DNA of 64,000 bases. Origin: Carcharhinus longimanus (lineage: Eukaryota). A program made the position numbers and the translations under genes. The stretch lies in contig JASCQW010000122.1 in assembly GCA_030264375.1 (NCBI GenBank), forward strand, positions 30,517,947 through 30,581,946, read 5' to 3'. Positions 37,720 to 50,444 of the stretch are shown here, piece after piece; position 1 is the first letter of the stretch; the number at the start of each line of letters is the position of its first letter. Under the pieces are notes generated by a model, which was given only the letters and a program-made list of their open reading frames with translations, searched no databases and was not told the DNA's origin.

Positions 37720-37836
37720 TATGGAGATGCCGGCGTTGGACTGAGGTGGGCACAGTATGAAGGAGCAGTGCTCCGAAAGCTCGTGATTCCAAATAAACCT
37801 GTTGAACTTCAACCTGGTGTTGTGAGACTTCTTACT
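37720..37836 (+). mobile_element. Penelope-derived fragment, same family as 13761/21407, with truncated hammerhead core
   Basis: tgaaggagcagtgctccgaaagctcgtg...aaataaacctgttgaacttcaacctggtgttgtgagacttctt is the reverse complement of the two mini-elements; CUGA of the core is missing. Confidence 0.7.
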
Positions 37837-39584
37837 GAATTTAGTGTGACTGGTGAACTACTTTTGTGCTTGGATTGGGGGAGGTGGATTGAAAAGGACG
37901 GGGAAAATAGAGGTCCCAAAAATCAACTCTTGCCACAGCTGCCCTGAAGGGAGCAGTAACCGGGCCTTACCCACCTCTTGTACAGAAATGGATTTATGGG
38001 CATTCATTCTGGGTCTTGGGCATGGCCTCATTTCATTGGTGGATAATGTTGCCTTGATTTCTGCCCAGTATTTTTCAACTCCCTTTGATTTGCAACCTTT
38101 TCACTTACTGTTCCCTTTTCTTCATAATTCTTTGAGTGCAATCTTCTGCTCTCAGCCTTGGAGATGGGAAAGGTATATAATTAGGTAGGGTGGTGGCGTA
38201 TCTGGACTCTGTTGCCTTCCCACTGCCACCAGAATTAAATCCTGAGTGGGAAGGACCATAGACGACCTTCCTGACCTGTCATCTATTGAGGTTCTTAAAT
38301 GTCCAATTAATGACCACTTCAGGGCCTCAGTCCACGGCCACATGGTTTAAAGCTAGTAGCTGGCAGCTAAAACCATGTGGCAGCTAGTCACCACTGGTAT
38401 AGGGTCCCTCGATCAAAAACGCTCAATACCTGATCGAGGGACTGGACATTGGGAAGGGGGGAGTGTCTCCTGGGAGTCAACTTGTGGCCAGACACCTTGC
38501 ATCCTTCTCTCTGTGACTCCCACATGAGTGACTCCGCCTACACCCCCCCAACCCCCCAACCGTGAGGGGCAAAAGTCCCACATGGCTCTCATTAATCCAT
38601 CCTGCACTGCTTTACAGTGGCAGGGCTGGTCAGCCTGAAGCAGGCTGGCTCCATGCCAACTTTGTTTCTGGGAAGGAGTGCCGTCTGCCCCCCGGTATTA
38701 TTCTGCCCTCGATAGATATTAATCTCAATTTTGAATATACTCAAAGTCTGAGGCTGGAATTCTCCCATTTTGAGACTAAGTGCCGTGGTGGGGGCGGGAA
38801 TGTTGAATATTTCCTGTTGCAGAGGCTGGCGGGAAAACAAGTCAAATCATCCTGCTCCAGCCTCATTTCACAGTAACTTCATTGCAGTGTTAATGTAAGC
38901 CTACTTGTGACTAATGAATAAGCTTCAATTATGCACCTGGGAGCTTCATCCATATTCCGTGATGGAGCAGACCTGAATGGTGCATAGTCACCATCGTGTC
39001 TGGGTGCCAAATTGAAAAAGCTCTCAACATCACTGGCAAACTATTGAAAAAAGGTGGACCTGCTGAAAATGAAAATAGATCTCTGGAAACACTCTGAAGC
39101 TGGGAGATGGGCCTCTTGACAAAGAAGATGGTTCTCAGGAGCTTTCTGAAACTGGAAAATGAAGCCTTCTCCGGGACACCTAATGTGAAAGGTCCACTTG
39201 AAGCTGCTCTCCTGACCCACTGTTGTGATGTTTCAGGATCCAGGGCCATGGGTGGCCTCCAATCTGAACTTTAGAAGCAGCCCTAGGCATTGTTCAGCTG
39301 AGTCTCAATATATACATGCCGCATTGTTCTGACTACGTTTGCTGCTGGCCTGTTTTCCCTCCAGCATCGCAGAGAATCTGTCATGGGGGGCGGGGGGGGG
39401 GGGTCAGGCCATCATCTGCATCCTACAAATGAGGTTGACAACAGCTTCTAGTGGGTTTGCTGACCCACCATGGAAAATCCCACTGGAAATTCACCCCAAC
39501 GTGAAAATAATTCCTGGACCTTCCCTATCTTCTGTTCCCACACCCGCCATCTAACCAATCGGCAGGGCTTGGGAGAATTCAGCC

Positions 39585-42010
39585 CTAAGCCTCCCCTGTC
39601 CTCCAAGTAGAGAATTCCAAAGTTCCACCATCCTCTAAGAGAACAAATTCCTCCTCATTTCAGTCATTTCTGGTCTACCTGATATTCTGAAGCTTCTGTG
39701 TTCTAGAACCACCCCCCAACTTGGGAAAACATTCTTCCTGCACCTACCTTGTGAAATCCTTTAAGAATTTTTGATCCTTCAATGAAATCACCTCTCATTC
39801 TTCTAAACTCTAGAGAATGCAGGCACAATCTCTTCAATCTCTTCTCATAGGACAATTCCACTATTCCAGACGCCAGTCTGCCAAACTTTTGTTGCACTCT
39901 CTCTATGGTAAGAACATCCTTCCTTAAGTAAGGAGACGAAAACTATGCACAATTCTCCAGGTGTGGTCTCACCAAAGTTCGATACAACTGCAGTAAGACT
40001 TTCTTATTCCTGTACTCAAATCCTCTTACAATAAAGGCCAACATACCATTTGCCTTCCTAATTGTATTTCAGCCTTCAGTGGCTTCTGAACAAGGACACC
40101 CAGGTTCCTTTAGATCAACACTTCCCAATCTCTCATCTTTTAAGAAATATTCTGCATTTTTGGTTTTCCTACCAAAGTCGATAACTTGACCTACTGACAT
40201 AGTAATCTGTCTGCAATGTTCTTTTTCACTGAATCTGTCTAAATTTCTTTGAAGCCTCTTTGCATCCTCCTCATAATTCACATTCCCACCTAGTTTTGCA
40301 TCACCAGCAATCTTAGAAATATGACCATTGATCCCCAAATTCACGTCACTGATATAGTGTGGAACTTTAGCAAAATTTGTCAGAGGGGCAGGTTCAGACT
40401 CAATAGTTGGAATTTTACTGGCATGCCCACCCGAGACTCATAAGATAACACCAGAAGCCAATGGAGAATGCTGTTCTGTGAGCCTCGTCCACCCTGATTT
40501 TGAGGTGGGCGCGCTGGTAAAATCAGGACCAGTCTCTCCCCAGCTGAGTATTCAAGCTATATCTTTTGGCACTCAGTGCACAGAAAATTGGGGGGAGGGG
40601 GAAGAGGGGAAGGGCAAGCTTTGTACCACCATTCTGGTAGGGTGGGGCCTGATAGAGTCAACAAGGCCGACCACAGAGATCGGGGCACCCTTTGAAGATG
40701 GCATTTCAATCTGTGCAAAAAATAAACCCCCCCCCCCCCGCCCAAGACATGGAGGACTCCTCTACAAGCAATCTCCCCCCTTCCCTCACCACAGAAGTAT
40801 TAGCTGTACTCTTGCCCACTTCCGCCACCCACCCCACAGAACTATCAAGGGCACATCACTCCCTCCCTTGACACACATAAGGGGCACTCGCACCCCCCAT
40901 GGAGCTCCCCAGAGGGCCCACCCCAGCACTGCCAACTGGGCACTGCCCTGGGCACAGGTTGGCACTGCCAGGTTGTCACATCTAGAGAAGTATCAATCTG
41001 TACCAGGGAAGGTTGCCAACTCATGTTGGGCAACGTTAGGAGGCTGTGCTGGGGTATGTTCCTCTCCCCCAGGGGCTATGCTTACCACAGCACTCCCAGA
41101 GGGTTCCCCTCGACCGATGTCCTTTTTGTAAACTTTGCCGATGTGACGTCATGTAGGTGAGATATGAATATTCAGTGGTAGTTGGGGGATCATGTGGCTA
41201 GGATGCCCTTTAATGATGTTTCAGCTTATTAAATTATATTGAAATAAGGTTCCTGCCCTTTCTGGGAGGAACCACATTATGTTACTGGCGAGGGGCAGAG
41301 AAAATTGGGGAACGAGATCTCGCTGGTGAGAATCTGGTTTCCCGATTCTTGCAGGATTTTGGGCCTGCTTCACCGTTTACACTGATGGTGAACACGAGCT
41401 CAAAATCATTCCAATAGCTTGTGAGCAGCTGGTCTCTATCACTGATCCTTGAGGTATCCCACCAGCCACAGCCTGTCAATCTAAGAATGACCTGTTCATT
41501 CCCACTCTCTTTTCTGTCCGTTAATCAATTCTCAATCAATGCCAGTATAATTATCCGCAATTCTACCTGCTCTAATTCTGCTTACTACCCTCCTGTGTGG
41601 GATCTCATCAAAAGGCTTCTGAAAAACCAAATACACCACATCCACAGATACTGCTTATCTATCCTGGCAGGTACAGCCTCGAACAACATGAACAGGTTTG
41701 CCAAAAATGATTTCCCCTTCATAAATCCATGTTGAATCTGCCCAATCCTACCATTATTTCTAAGCGCCCAGTTATCATATCCTTCATAATAGATTGTAGC
41801 ATTTTCCTTACTACTAACAGTCTGTAGTTCTCTGTTATCTCTCTACCTAGGGTTACATTTGGTACCTTCCAATCTGCAGGAACCATTCCAGAAGTCTACA
41901 GAATTTTGGAAGATGACCACCAATGCATCCATTACTACACCCAGCTCTTTCAACACTCTGCGATGCAGATCATCAGGTCCAAGAATTTATCCATTTCAAA
42001 TCCTATTCAT
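39585..42010 (-). mobile_element. CR1 LINE RT fragment interrupted by a GC-rich insertion at ~40365-41415
   Basis: LSYEKRLKRLCLHSLEFRRMRGDFIE; ISKIAGDAKLGGNVNYEEDAKRLQRNLDR; RT sequence resumes at ~41420. Confidence 0.8.
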
Positions 42011-42034
42011 TTCTCAGATTATGAGGATGAATTT

Positions 42035-42335
42035 CATAGAATCCCTACAGTACAGAAGGAGGCCATTTGGCCCATCAAATCTGTAGCGACCACAATCCCA
42101 CCCAGGCCCTATCCCCGTAACCCCTAGTTAATCCCCCTGACAATAAGGGGCAATTTAGCATGGCCAATCCACCTAATCTGCACATCTTTGGACTGTGGAA
42201 GGAAACTGGAGCACCCGGAGGAAATTGACAGATATGGGGAGAATGTGCAAACACCACACAGGCAGGGAGCCAAGCCGGGAATTGAACCCAGATCCCTGGT
42301 GCTGTGAAGCAGCAGTGCTAACCGCTGTACCACCC
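42035..42335 (-). mobile_element. HE1-type V-SINE, CR1-type tail
   Basis: Reverse complement of the 5061-5380 family. Confidence 0.9.
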
Positions 42336-42768
42336 ATTTCCTTCAGGGTTGGCTGAATCTCCTGTCATGGGTTCAGCGAAAGATTAGCAGAAGAGCCAGA
42401 GAAGTGACACAGCCACTTATGTTGATCTCTGACTGCAGATACAGACAAGATTGGGAGGCTCTCTGTGGAAAGTCTGTGCAAATATTGGGATTGACGCCAC
42501 TTTCCAACCGGGTGTTGCAAGGATTTTGTACAGGCAGCAAATGTGTCATGTTGAAGGCAATTAATCTGCACTAGGGAGCAGAACTTTAAAAAATCAGGTT
42601 ATATTTTATTTCATGCTGGTTGTATATTTTAGTTCATGTTTCTGCTATGATCTTTCTCTATTTATTAATGATGGCTCTAATCCTTTAGAATAAAGTAACC
42701 AGTCTAATAAAGTCAGTTTAAAAATGCATGTTTTTTAAAAACACAGAAATTGAGAAAAGTCATGAATA

Positions 42769-43053
42769 TGGCACAGTGCTTAGCACATTGCCTCACAGCG
42801 GCCTCGGGTCACTGTCTGTGTGGAATTTGTACAATCTCCCAATGTCTGTATGGGTTTCATCTGGGTGCTCCCGTATCCTCCCACAGTCCAAAGATAGTCA
42901 GATTAGGTTGATTAGCTACGCTAAGTTCTCCCTAGTGTCAGGAAGATTAGCAGGGTAAATGTGTAGGGTTATGGGGATAGGGTCTGAGTGGGATTGTTGT
43001 TGGTGCAGGCTTGATGGGCCAATGGCCTCTTTCTCACTGTAGGGATTCTATGA
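42769..43053 (+). mobile_element. HE1-type V-SINE, CR1-type tail
   Basis: Homologous to 5061-5380. Confidence 0.85.
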
Positions 43054-44594
43054 TGGATGTGCTTTGGTGAGTCTGCAGTGGTACCAGAGTGTGCCAAATA
43101 TGTCATTGTCAATTTTAAAGTACAATTTACATCTCGGTTAGTCTTCAGAATGAGAGGAAGAAATGTTTTATTAAATTATTAATAAACATCTGTAGCAAGT
43201 TCAAAAAGTGTACTTGGAATATGCTCTTGATAAACTGAAGCCAATGGTTTCCAGTGTGTATAAGAAGAGTCTCCCTGCTAAACTTTTCTTGCCAAAACAT
43301 TCCCTCTCCTGAAGTTTCGACCCATGCTGGGATCTGGCTTCAATAGCCAAAACCCACAAATGCGTATTTTCTAATAGCGGAGATCACTGCAATAGCAATC
43401 AGAAGTAGAACTCCGGGGGTCCTGTCCCTTCAGATATTCTCCCCAGTGCCTGAAAATGCTCACTCATGTTGGGGCATTGTTCCAGAGGCTTTGGCTGCCC
43501 CAGTCTCTCACCGTGAGTGGATACGCTTTGTGGCTGCAAGCGGGATATCATACCCAGGGAATCACTTACATTGAGCCTGATCCTACACTTAACTCTACAA
43601 ACATGCTCACTCACACAAAATATAAAGATCACTGAAAAGCAATCAGGAACCTTGGCTGATTTCCCTCTGCCCTATTCCAAGATGCTGAGGCCAACTTTAG
43701 TACTCTTGCTGCTAACTCAGCTGAAATGACCTAATCTGGAATAGTTTACTCTCCAATTGTTTTCAGTCAGCCGAGGAAGAATTTATTGTTAATCTTCACA
43801 ATTATGTCAAGTGATTAAAGTCTAAAACCTATCATGAAGAGCATTTTAGGAGTAATGAGACCAGCATGGATTGACTAGCTACTGACATATATTTATAATG
43901 GTAGGCAGATTTACACAAGTATGGATGGATATTTTTTAACAAGTATTCATTAAAAAGACAAAAAGAATAACTGAAATCTAAAAACCTGGAGGTTGAGATC
44001 TTACCAGCTTACCTTTCAAGAGAGCATAGCTAGTTTGTTGGGAATTATCTCAGAGGAGGTTTAGGAGGTTGGAGATTCATTCTCTTTGCCAGTCATTAGC
44101 ATACTGTCCATTTCTATCCTACTGTCTGATTTCGAAGAGGAGTCACATTGGACTTAAAATGTTAACTCTGTTTCTCTCTTCAGAGATGCTGACAGATTTG
44201 CTGACTTTTTCCAGCATTTTCTATTTTTATTTCGAGGTTTCCAGCATCCATCGCGTTTTGCCTTTAATTTATTTTGACAGTCTTGTGTCGAAGGAGTGAA
44301 TAAAGAAAAATAGCAGCAATGAAATACATGGGAAGGGTAGGGGAACTCGGGACTCCAAGGAAGACAGAGTTGGGGGCTAGTGCCAAAGTAAAGGTTTCAA
44401 AATTCTCAAATCTGACTCCAACCCACTCACTTCCCATTTTAACTGAGATGAGTGGTGGGTTAGGGTCGGGTTGGAGGGCTGGGAGGAAGAGTCAGATGAC
44501 CAACTCCCTCAAGGAGCGGGCCAATCACTAAGTCTTTCAGGGAGGTTAAGTTATTTTACCAGGTTTTTGATTTTTTAAAGTTTTAACTTTCAAA

Positions 44595-44740
44595 TTTATT
44601 TATTCATGTCACAAGTAGGCTTACATTAACACTGCAATGAAGCTACTGTGAAAATCCCCATCCGCCACATTCCACCATCTGTTCAGGTACACTGAGGGAG
44701 AATTTAGCATGGCCAATCCACCTAACCAGCACATCCTTCA
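44595..44740 (-). mobile_element. V-SINE 3' part, alternative tail
   Basis: gtcacaagtaggcttacattaacactgcaatgaag..gagaatttagcatggccaatcc. Confidence 0.8.
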
Positions 44741-45441
44741 TGGGTTTCCAGAGGCTTTTTGAGTCTCATGGTATTAAAGGAGAAAGGAAAGGCTAATCCG
44801 GGAGTTATGGACATTTACATCACTGCTTTAGGGCTGTGTTGATCAGGAATGCTTTCCCAAACCCAACAAGCTTACCATGATTGAAAAACAACCAATCTAC
44901 ATGATGTCACAGTACCCTGCAATCTCCAACTCACCTCTCCCCAGTGAAGCCTGATGCGCCCCTCTTCCCACCCTACCTCCCAACATGTCCGACCTCCCAG
45001 GGATGTCTGAACCCACCAGGGGACCCCCCATGTTTCCACCCATTCCACAGCAGTGTCTGACACATTACCAATGTCCGACCATCCAGCTACTTCCAATCCC
45101 CACAAGCCGTCCTTCCCCCACTCACCCCCACCGGTCCTCCTGAGATGTCCAATCAATAACTAACATGAAACAGGGTGATCGATCCCTTTAAATAGTGCTG
45201 GTGGGGGCGGGGGGGGAACATGCTGAGCGCATGTTTGACTGTGTGAGATTAGGAAAGGGTGCCAGGTGGAGTATTGAGGTTGAAAGTGGCACTACTGGAG
45301 TCCAATCAGCGTCACGTGTTAACGGATTTCACAATCTGCCAGCTTTAAATCATTTCAATACACACCAGTGCCCGCATCAACAACTTCATCAACATGGTAT
45401 TACACATGGACTCCATTTTGAACCTGAACTGCACTCTTAGT

Positions 45442-45625
45442 CCTCTGAGTGCTCCAGTTTCCTCCCAGAGTCCGAAAGACATGCTGGTTAGGTGCACTGG
45501 CCATGCTAAATTTTCCTTCAGTGTCCCCGAACAGGAGTCTGAGTGTGGTGACTGGAGAATTTTCACGGTAACTTCATTGCAGTATTACTGTTAGTCTACT
45601 TGTGACACTAATAAACAAATAAATA
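45442..45625 (+). mobile_element. V-SINE 3' part, alternative tail
   Basis: gtccgaaagacatgctggttaggtgc..taacttcattgcagt..tacttgtgacactaataaa. Confidence 0.8.
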
Positions 45626-46091
45626 TCAGGCACCGTGCAACACAATTTTGCAGCCTTACTCTCGAGTACGCTATGTTTCCTGGGTGACTCAATTCTATTT
45701 GGATTCTTTTATTTTACTATTTAGGAGCACAATGTTCATCCTTCGTTTGCTAATGATACTTCTCATGTTAATTGTGATTCCCCTTGAATGTTTTGTTTTG
45801 CAAGTTGCAGAGCAAACTAAAAATTAATGTCACAGCAGAATATTTAGACAGTTTTGAAACCACTTTCTCCTGTAACCTTGCCCAATAGAATTAATCAACT
45901 GCCATGATTCACAGCATTAAGTGAGAGAAGAAAAACATATTTTAGCGTTTCCCCGTGGTTATTTACGAGTTGCCATAACTGTTATCACTGAAACAATATT
46001 TGGCAACTTGCAATCAAGCTGCAAGAAAACTTCATCTTGTTTTTGTTGGAAAGACTTAAGGCCACAACACTGCTTGATATTTGTCAGTTCA

Positions 46092-46500
46092 TAAAGAAAG
46101 AACTTGCACTTATATAGCACCTTTGATGTCCTCAGAAAGTCACAAAGATTTCTGCAAACAATTGACTGCTTTTCAACTGTGGTTATTATTGCGATGGCAG
46201 CAAATCTGCATGTTGGGTCCCACAGACTGCAGTGAAATAAATGACTGAATAATCAGTTTTTGGTGATGGTTAAGGGGAAAATGCTAGTCAGTTTGTTAGG
46301 AAAACTCTCCTACTCTTCTTTGAACAGCACTGTGGGATCTTTTACATTTATCTGTATAGGTCGATAGGGCGTCTAATGGACGGCACCTCTGACAATTTAG
46401 CACCCTATGAGTACAGCATTGAAATATCAGCTTAGATTATTTGTTCAAATCATTAGCTAGGTCTTAATCTCACTACCTCTGAATTAGAGGTGAGCGCGCC
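46092..46500 (-). mobile_element. Deu-domain SINE, near full length, degenerate
   Basis: Reverse complement of the same core and tail (ctcctactcttctttgaacagcactgtgggatcttttaca..gacggcacctctgacaat). Confidence 0.65.
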
Positions 46501-47199
46501 AAGTTGCATGGAGGTAGACACTGCAGACATGAAACAACGAAGCTTTGTTCATTTCTATTTGATTGGGAAGGAATTGTTATTCTGTTACACCGTCACCAAC
46601 CCAGCACTCCCACTGCACCCCACCACCCAAAGCATTTCTGAATTCAGAGGCAAAATGGCATCTCAAACATTTGGAGATCAGTAGGGCTACAGATAATGGT
46701 TCTTCCCAAAACCTTTCTAGCTTAACTTCAGGGTTGGAGAAATTAGTATACCTATCTGGTCCATCTATGTTCACCACAGAAGTCTGCACGCAATGAGGAG
46801 ATGTGTGCCTCTATCACCTAAGGATACAAATATGATAAACCCAAATGCACACTTATCCTGTCATGATATGGAAATAGGGATTTTGTTGGTTTTTGGCCAG
46901 GTGTTGAGTGGAAGATGGGCTGGGAAACCATTGCACCAGGCCTTAACCAATCAGCATTTTCCAAAAAAGTAAACACATTCACCCAATTTTGCGTGAGCAC
47001 ATTTAAGTTGTGCAACATTGTTAAGGGTGCTATAATGCAACACAATTTCCATCATTTATATTACAGTGATATATTCCTCACATCTTTGCTGTTATGGATT
47101 ACAAGATGGGAACTTAGACCCTTAAAGTAAAAGCCTAATCTTTTATGAGGTTGCAATCAATCACTGCGTGATCAATTACACTCTGCAATCCTGTGATTT

Positions 47200-47380
47200 T
47201 TGCACCTAACCAGCATGTCTTTCAGACTGTGGGGGGAAACTGGTGTGCCCAGAGGAAACCCACGCAGACACGGGGAGAACGCGCAAACTCCACACAGACA
47301 ATGACCCAAGATGCGAATTGAACCCGGGTTTCTGGCGCTGTGAAGCAGCAGTGCTAACCACTGTGCCACCTTGCTGCCCC
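47200..47380 (-). mobile_element. V-SINE head and V domain
   Basis: gcagcagtgctaaccactgtgccacc and cgcaaactccacacagac. Confidence 0.85.
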
Positions 47381-48302
47381 CAATAAATTCTAATAAATTG
47401 GAAAACCAATCTTGAAGACCATTGTGATGAATGTTTACAGACAGCATAGACTTTATATCCACATCACACTTTCAATCTATCATAGGCAGTAACATAACAA
47501 ATGCACTATATATTGTGGTAATTGACAGTTCATTTGGAGTTGTGACGGAAATGCTTCAGCTAATGTTCACTAACAACTTGACCTTTCCCCTAGAATCCTG
47601 TAGCACCTAATTGAAGTGAATTGGAGTTGCCAGTGAAGAGTTATACAATCAGCACTGTATCACTTTATGACTAGACTACGCAAACATGCATACACATAGC
47701 TTCACCTACAGTCACCGAACTGATGGTTAAATTCCCACGCCAGGGAAGAACTGACTGGACTTGAACTAAAACTAATTTTTAAAAAATAAATAGCTCCGAA
47801 GCGGCCCAACAATAATACTAGTGCAGTTGTTGCAAAGCCAAAGCATCGTGAGACTACTTCCTTGAAATGGCCTCAGAGGGCTTACAGGAACTGGATATAC
47901 TATCGATTGAGCAACTTCATTCCTTAGCTATGCTGCAGTTTTCGTGTTGATCAAACATAGAAATCCTTTCGCAATCGCACAAAATTGTAGTTTAATCATA
48001 CTGCACCTTGGCTTTTAATTTAGCATCAAACTAATAAATTGGTATTGAACGAATCATTCAGGAGAAGACTGCACATTTTATATTCTTTCAGCAAAATAAA
48101 TAATTTGACCCCTCTTCTGTACTTCAGTTCAATACAATTCTCTGATGGTTTTTATGATTTATATGCAAACGGTAACAATTATTTTAATTATTATTACATA
48201 ATTTATAATTCTAAAGTGAAAACTAAAAAAATGGCTCAATTCCAGAATAAACAAAAGTTGATGCATTGTTACTTACAAAGAGAAATGGCAAAAAAAAGGA
48301 CC

Positions 48303-49058
48303 TGATTCAAGCTTTTAAAAGTTTTAATCTGACTTCTTCGAGGAAATCTGTTGATACTGAAATAATTGGCTTCAGAATCATGTCAGCTTATTTTTGGACA
48401 ATTAGAGGATTTGAAAACAAACAAGTTATAGCAAAAGGAAGTTGAAAATATGCGGGTTATAAAATATTGTTTTAATGAACTTATTGTATAAACAGTACTT
48501 TGGACATTAGTTCTTTAAATTTTGCATTATAAATGTAATGTACTTCTTTAGGAAGCCTGGCCACCAACAACGAAAAAAACTACAGGGGAGAGGGGGAAAA
48601 GAAATATAACTTGCCTTGTGGTGCCAGATAAACAATTCCCAGAATATTGTGAAGTGGAACATGGCATTCTGCTGTGCAGTGACCTTATCAAAATATCTTT
48701 TTAAATAGGCAGCTTTCCCTATATATCCCAGAAGTCAAGCATCCCATTCCTGGACTGCACACAAATCGACTTACCAGTTCTACCGAGAAAGGACTCAAAA
48801 GGAAGAATTGTGAAATTCCTTAAGTGAGAGCACATGCATAGAATGTTTTAACAGTGGATCGTAAGACATTGCTTGGAAAAAAATATAAGAACTTGATTCA
48901 GGCTTTTAAAAGTTTTAATTTGACTCCTTAAGTGGAATCTGTTGATATTTAAATAATTAGCTTCAGAATCATGTCAGATCATTTTTGAACAATTAGTGGA
49001 TTTGAAAACAAATGAGTAAAGCCAAAGAAAGTCAAAAACATGTGGGCTATAAGATATT
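48303..49058. repeat. Diverged direct repeat of ~165 bp (48303-48468 and 48894-49058)
   Basis: Both read tgattca.gcttttaaaagttttaat.tgact..tctgttgata..aaataatt.gcttcagaatcatgtcag..ggatttgaaaacaa.. Confidence 0.9.
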
Positions 49059-49582
49059 AAATACAGAATAACAGCAAGCAATAACTTCACTGGTAAATCT
49101 GGGATTCTGAAAGATGTTTTAAGGTGAATATCTGTACTGTCAGCGAAAACACAACACTATCAATGGTGTCAACATCAATGATTCAAGATCAAAGATAATA
49201 ACCACCTCTCAAACCAATTAAATAATGTTCCCTTACTCAAACTGTCAGAAAACTATCCTCACCTCCTCCTGCAACCAGATATTTGCATTTCCAACACAAG
49301 ATATCCTCCCCAGCTAAAACTGCAAATTAGTACCAAGTTATTTGACATTTTGTGCTACAAGACATGTTCCCAGCAGAAACTGTACTGAAACTGATCACAT
49401 TCATATCACTCAGACTGTCCACAATCAAGAGAGAAATGATTTAGAATCAGTAATTGGACTCGGGTCTCAGAAATGAAGAAAATGAGTTAACATTCAATAT
49501 CTGTTTTTAAGGGTTAATGAGTCTGACAGAAATTAGTAAATTCCAGTTCAGACCATTCACTGTTTCTCTGATCGTTACTCAC

Positions 49583-49667
49583 CATAACAATCCCTCCTGA
49601 CTGTTCTGCTGTGCACATACTCATTATTGGTGCCATTCCAATGGTTGTTCCCTGGAAGTACACCCCA
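49583..49667 (-). CDS. ADAM12: ADAM12 exon B: (S)GVYFQGTTIGMAPIMSMCTAEQSGGIVM
   Basis: 85 nt; acceptor tatttgcag, donor ATG|gtgagt; phase 2 to 0, completes Ser codon AG|T from exon A. Confidence 0.95.
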
Positions 49668-50444
49668 CTGCAAATAGATAACAAAGAGACTTTGTCATAA
49701 TCTGTAGTCAAACAATCTGGTTAACTAACTTTCCTCATTATTTTTGTAATTTCTATATTTTCAGTAACAGAAGATTAGTAGCTACTAGATTAATAGCAGG
49801 GCTGAGACTGAGATTGAAATTTGGGCCTACTGGCAGGATGTTGACTGTTTGACAACTAACTTTTGATCCCACAATTGCAGAAACAAAATATGACAGTTAT
49901 TGGTCAATCAATCATGAAGAAAATCATTTCAGTTTCACAATACTGGTTATTATACCACTTAATTCTTCCCTTTTTCGCTTGTCCTAAAGATTATAAATTG
50001 TGGAGCATTAGTCATCAGCTCAGAAATATCTTCCTGAAATGGCCATTATGAACAAGAACAGACAGTTATCAGCTGACAAGAGAGACAAAACTGAAGGAAG
50101 TACCGCAACATAAGACATGATTGGAGGTGATACCTCTGATCACCAATCAACCACTTGTAAAAATGGTTTAGAGCCATCAACGTGGGTGTAAGAAATACAC
50201 CAGATTCCTAGGTAACAGGTATTTGGGTATGCTGGGCATGGCATCCCATCTTAAAGTTTATTGATAAAAACCTTTCCTATTAATTACATTGAGGGGTGTT
50301 GCTGATTAATTGATATACTAGTCCGGCTCAATGCTGATTACTTCTAATAAATTTGATATGTAGCTATATTCTGATTCCAATGTATTATTTGGAATTCTAT
50401 CATATAGCAATTTATTACAATATTGAAGGAAAATTAAACAAACC

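Noticed and set aside
38338-38381. 12-bp-arm hairpin gccacatggttt...aaaccatgtggc
   Set aside because: Sits within a larger inverted-repeat transposon-like remnant; no evidence of an independent RNA gene
40478-41131. 217-aa plus-strand ORF
   Set aside because: GTG start, Pro/Gly-rich, no domain, and lies in a GC-rich insertion that interrupts a CR1 element
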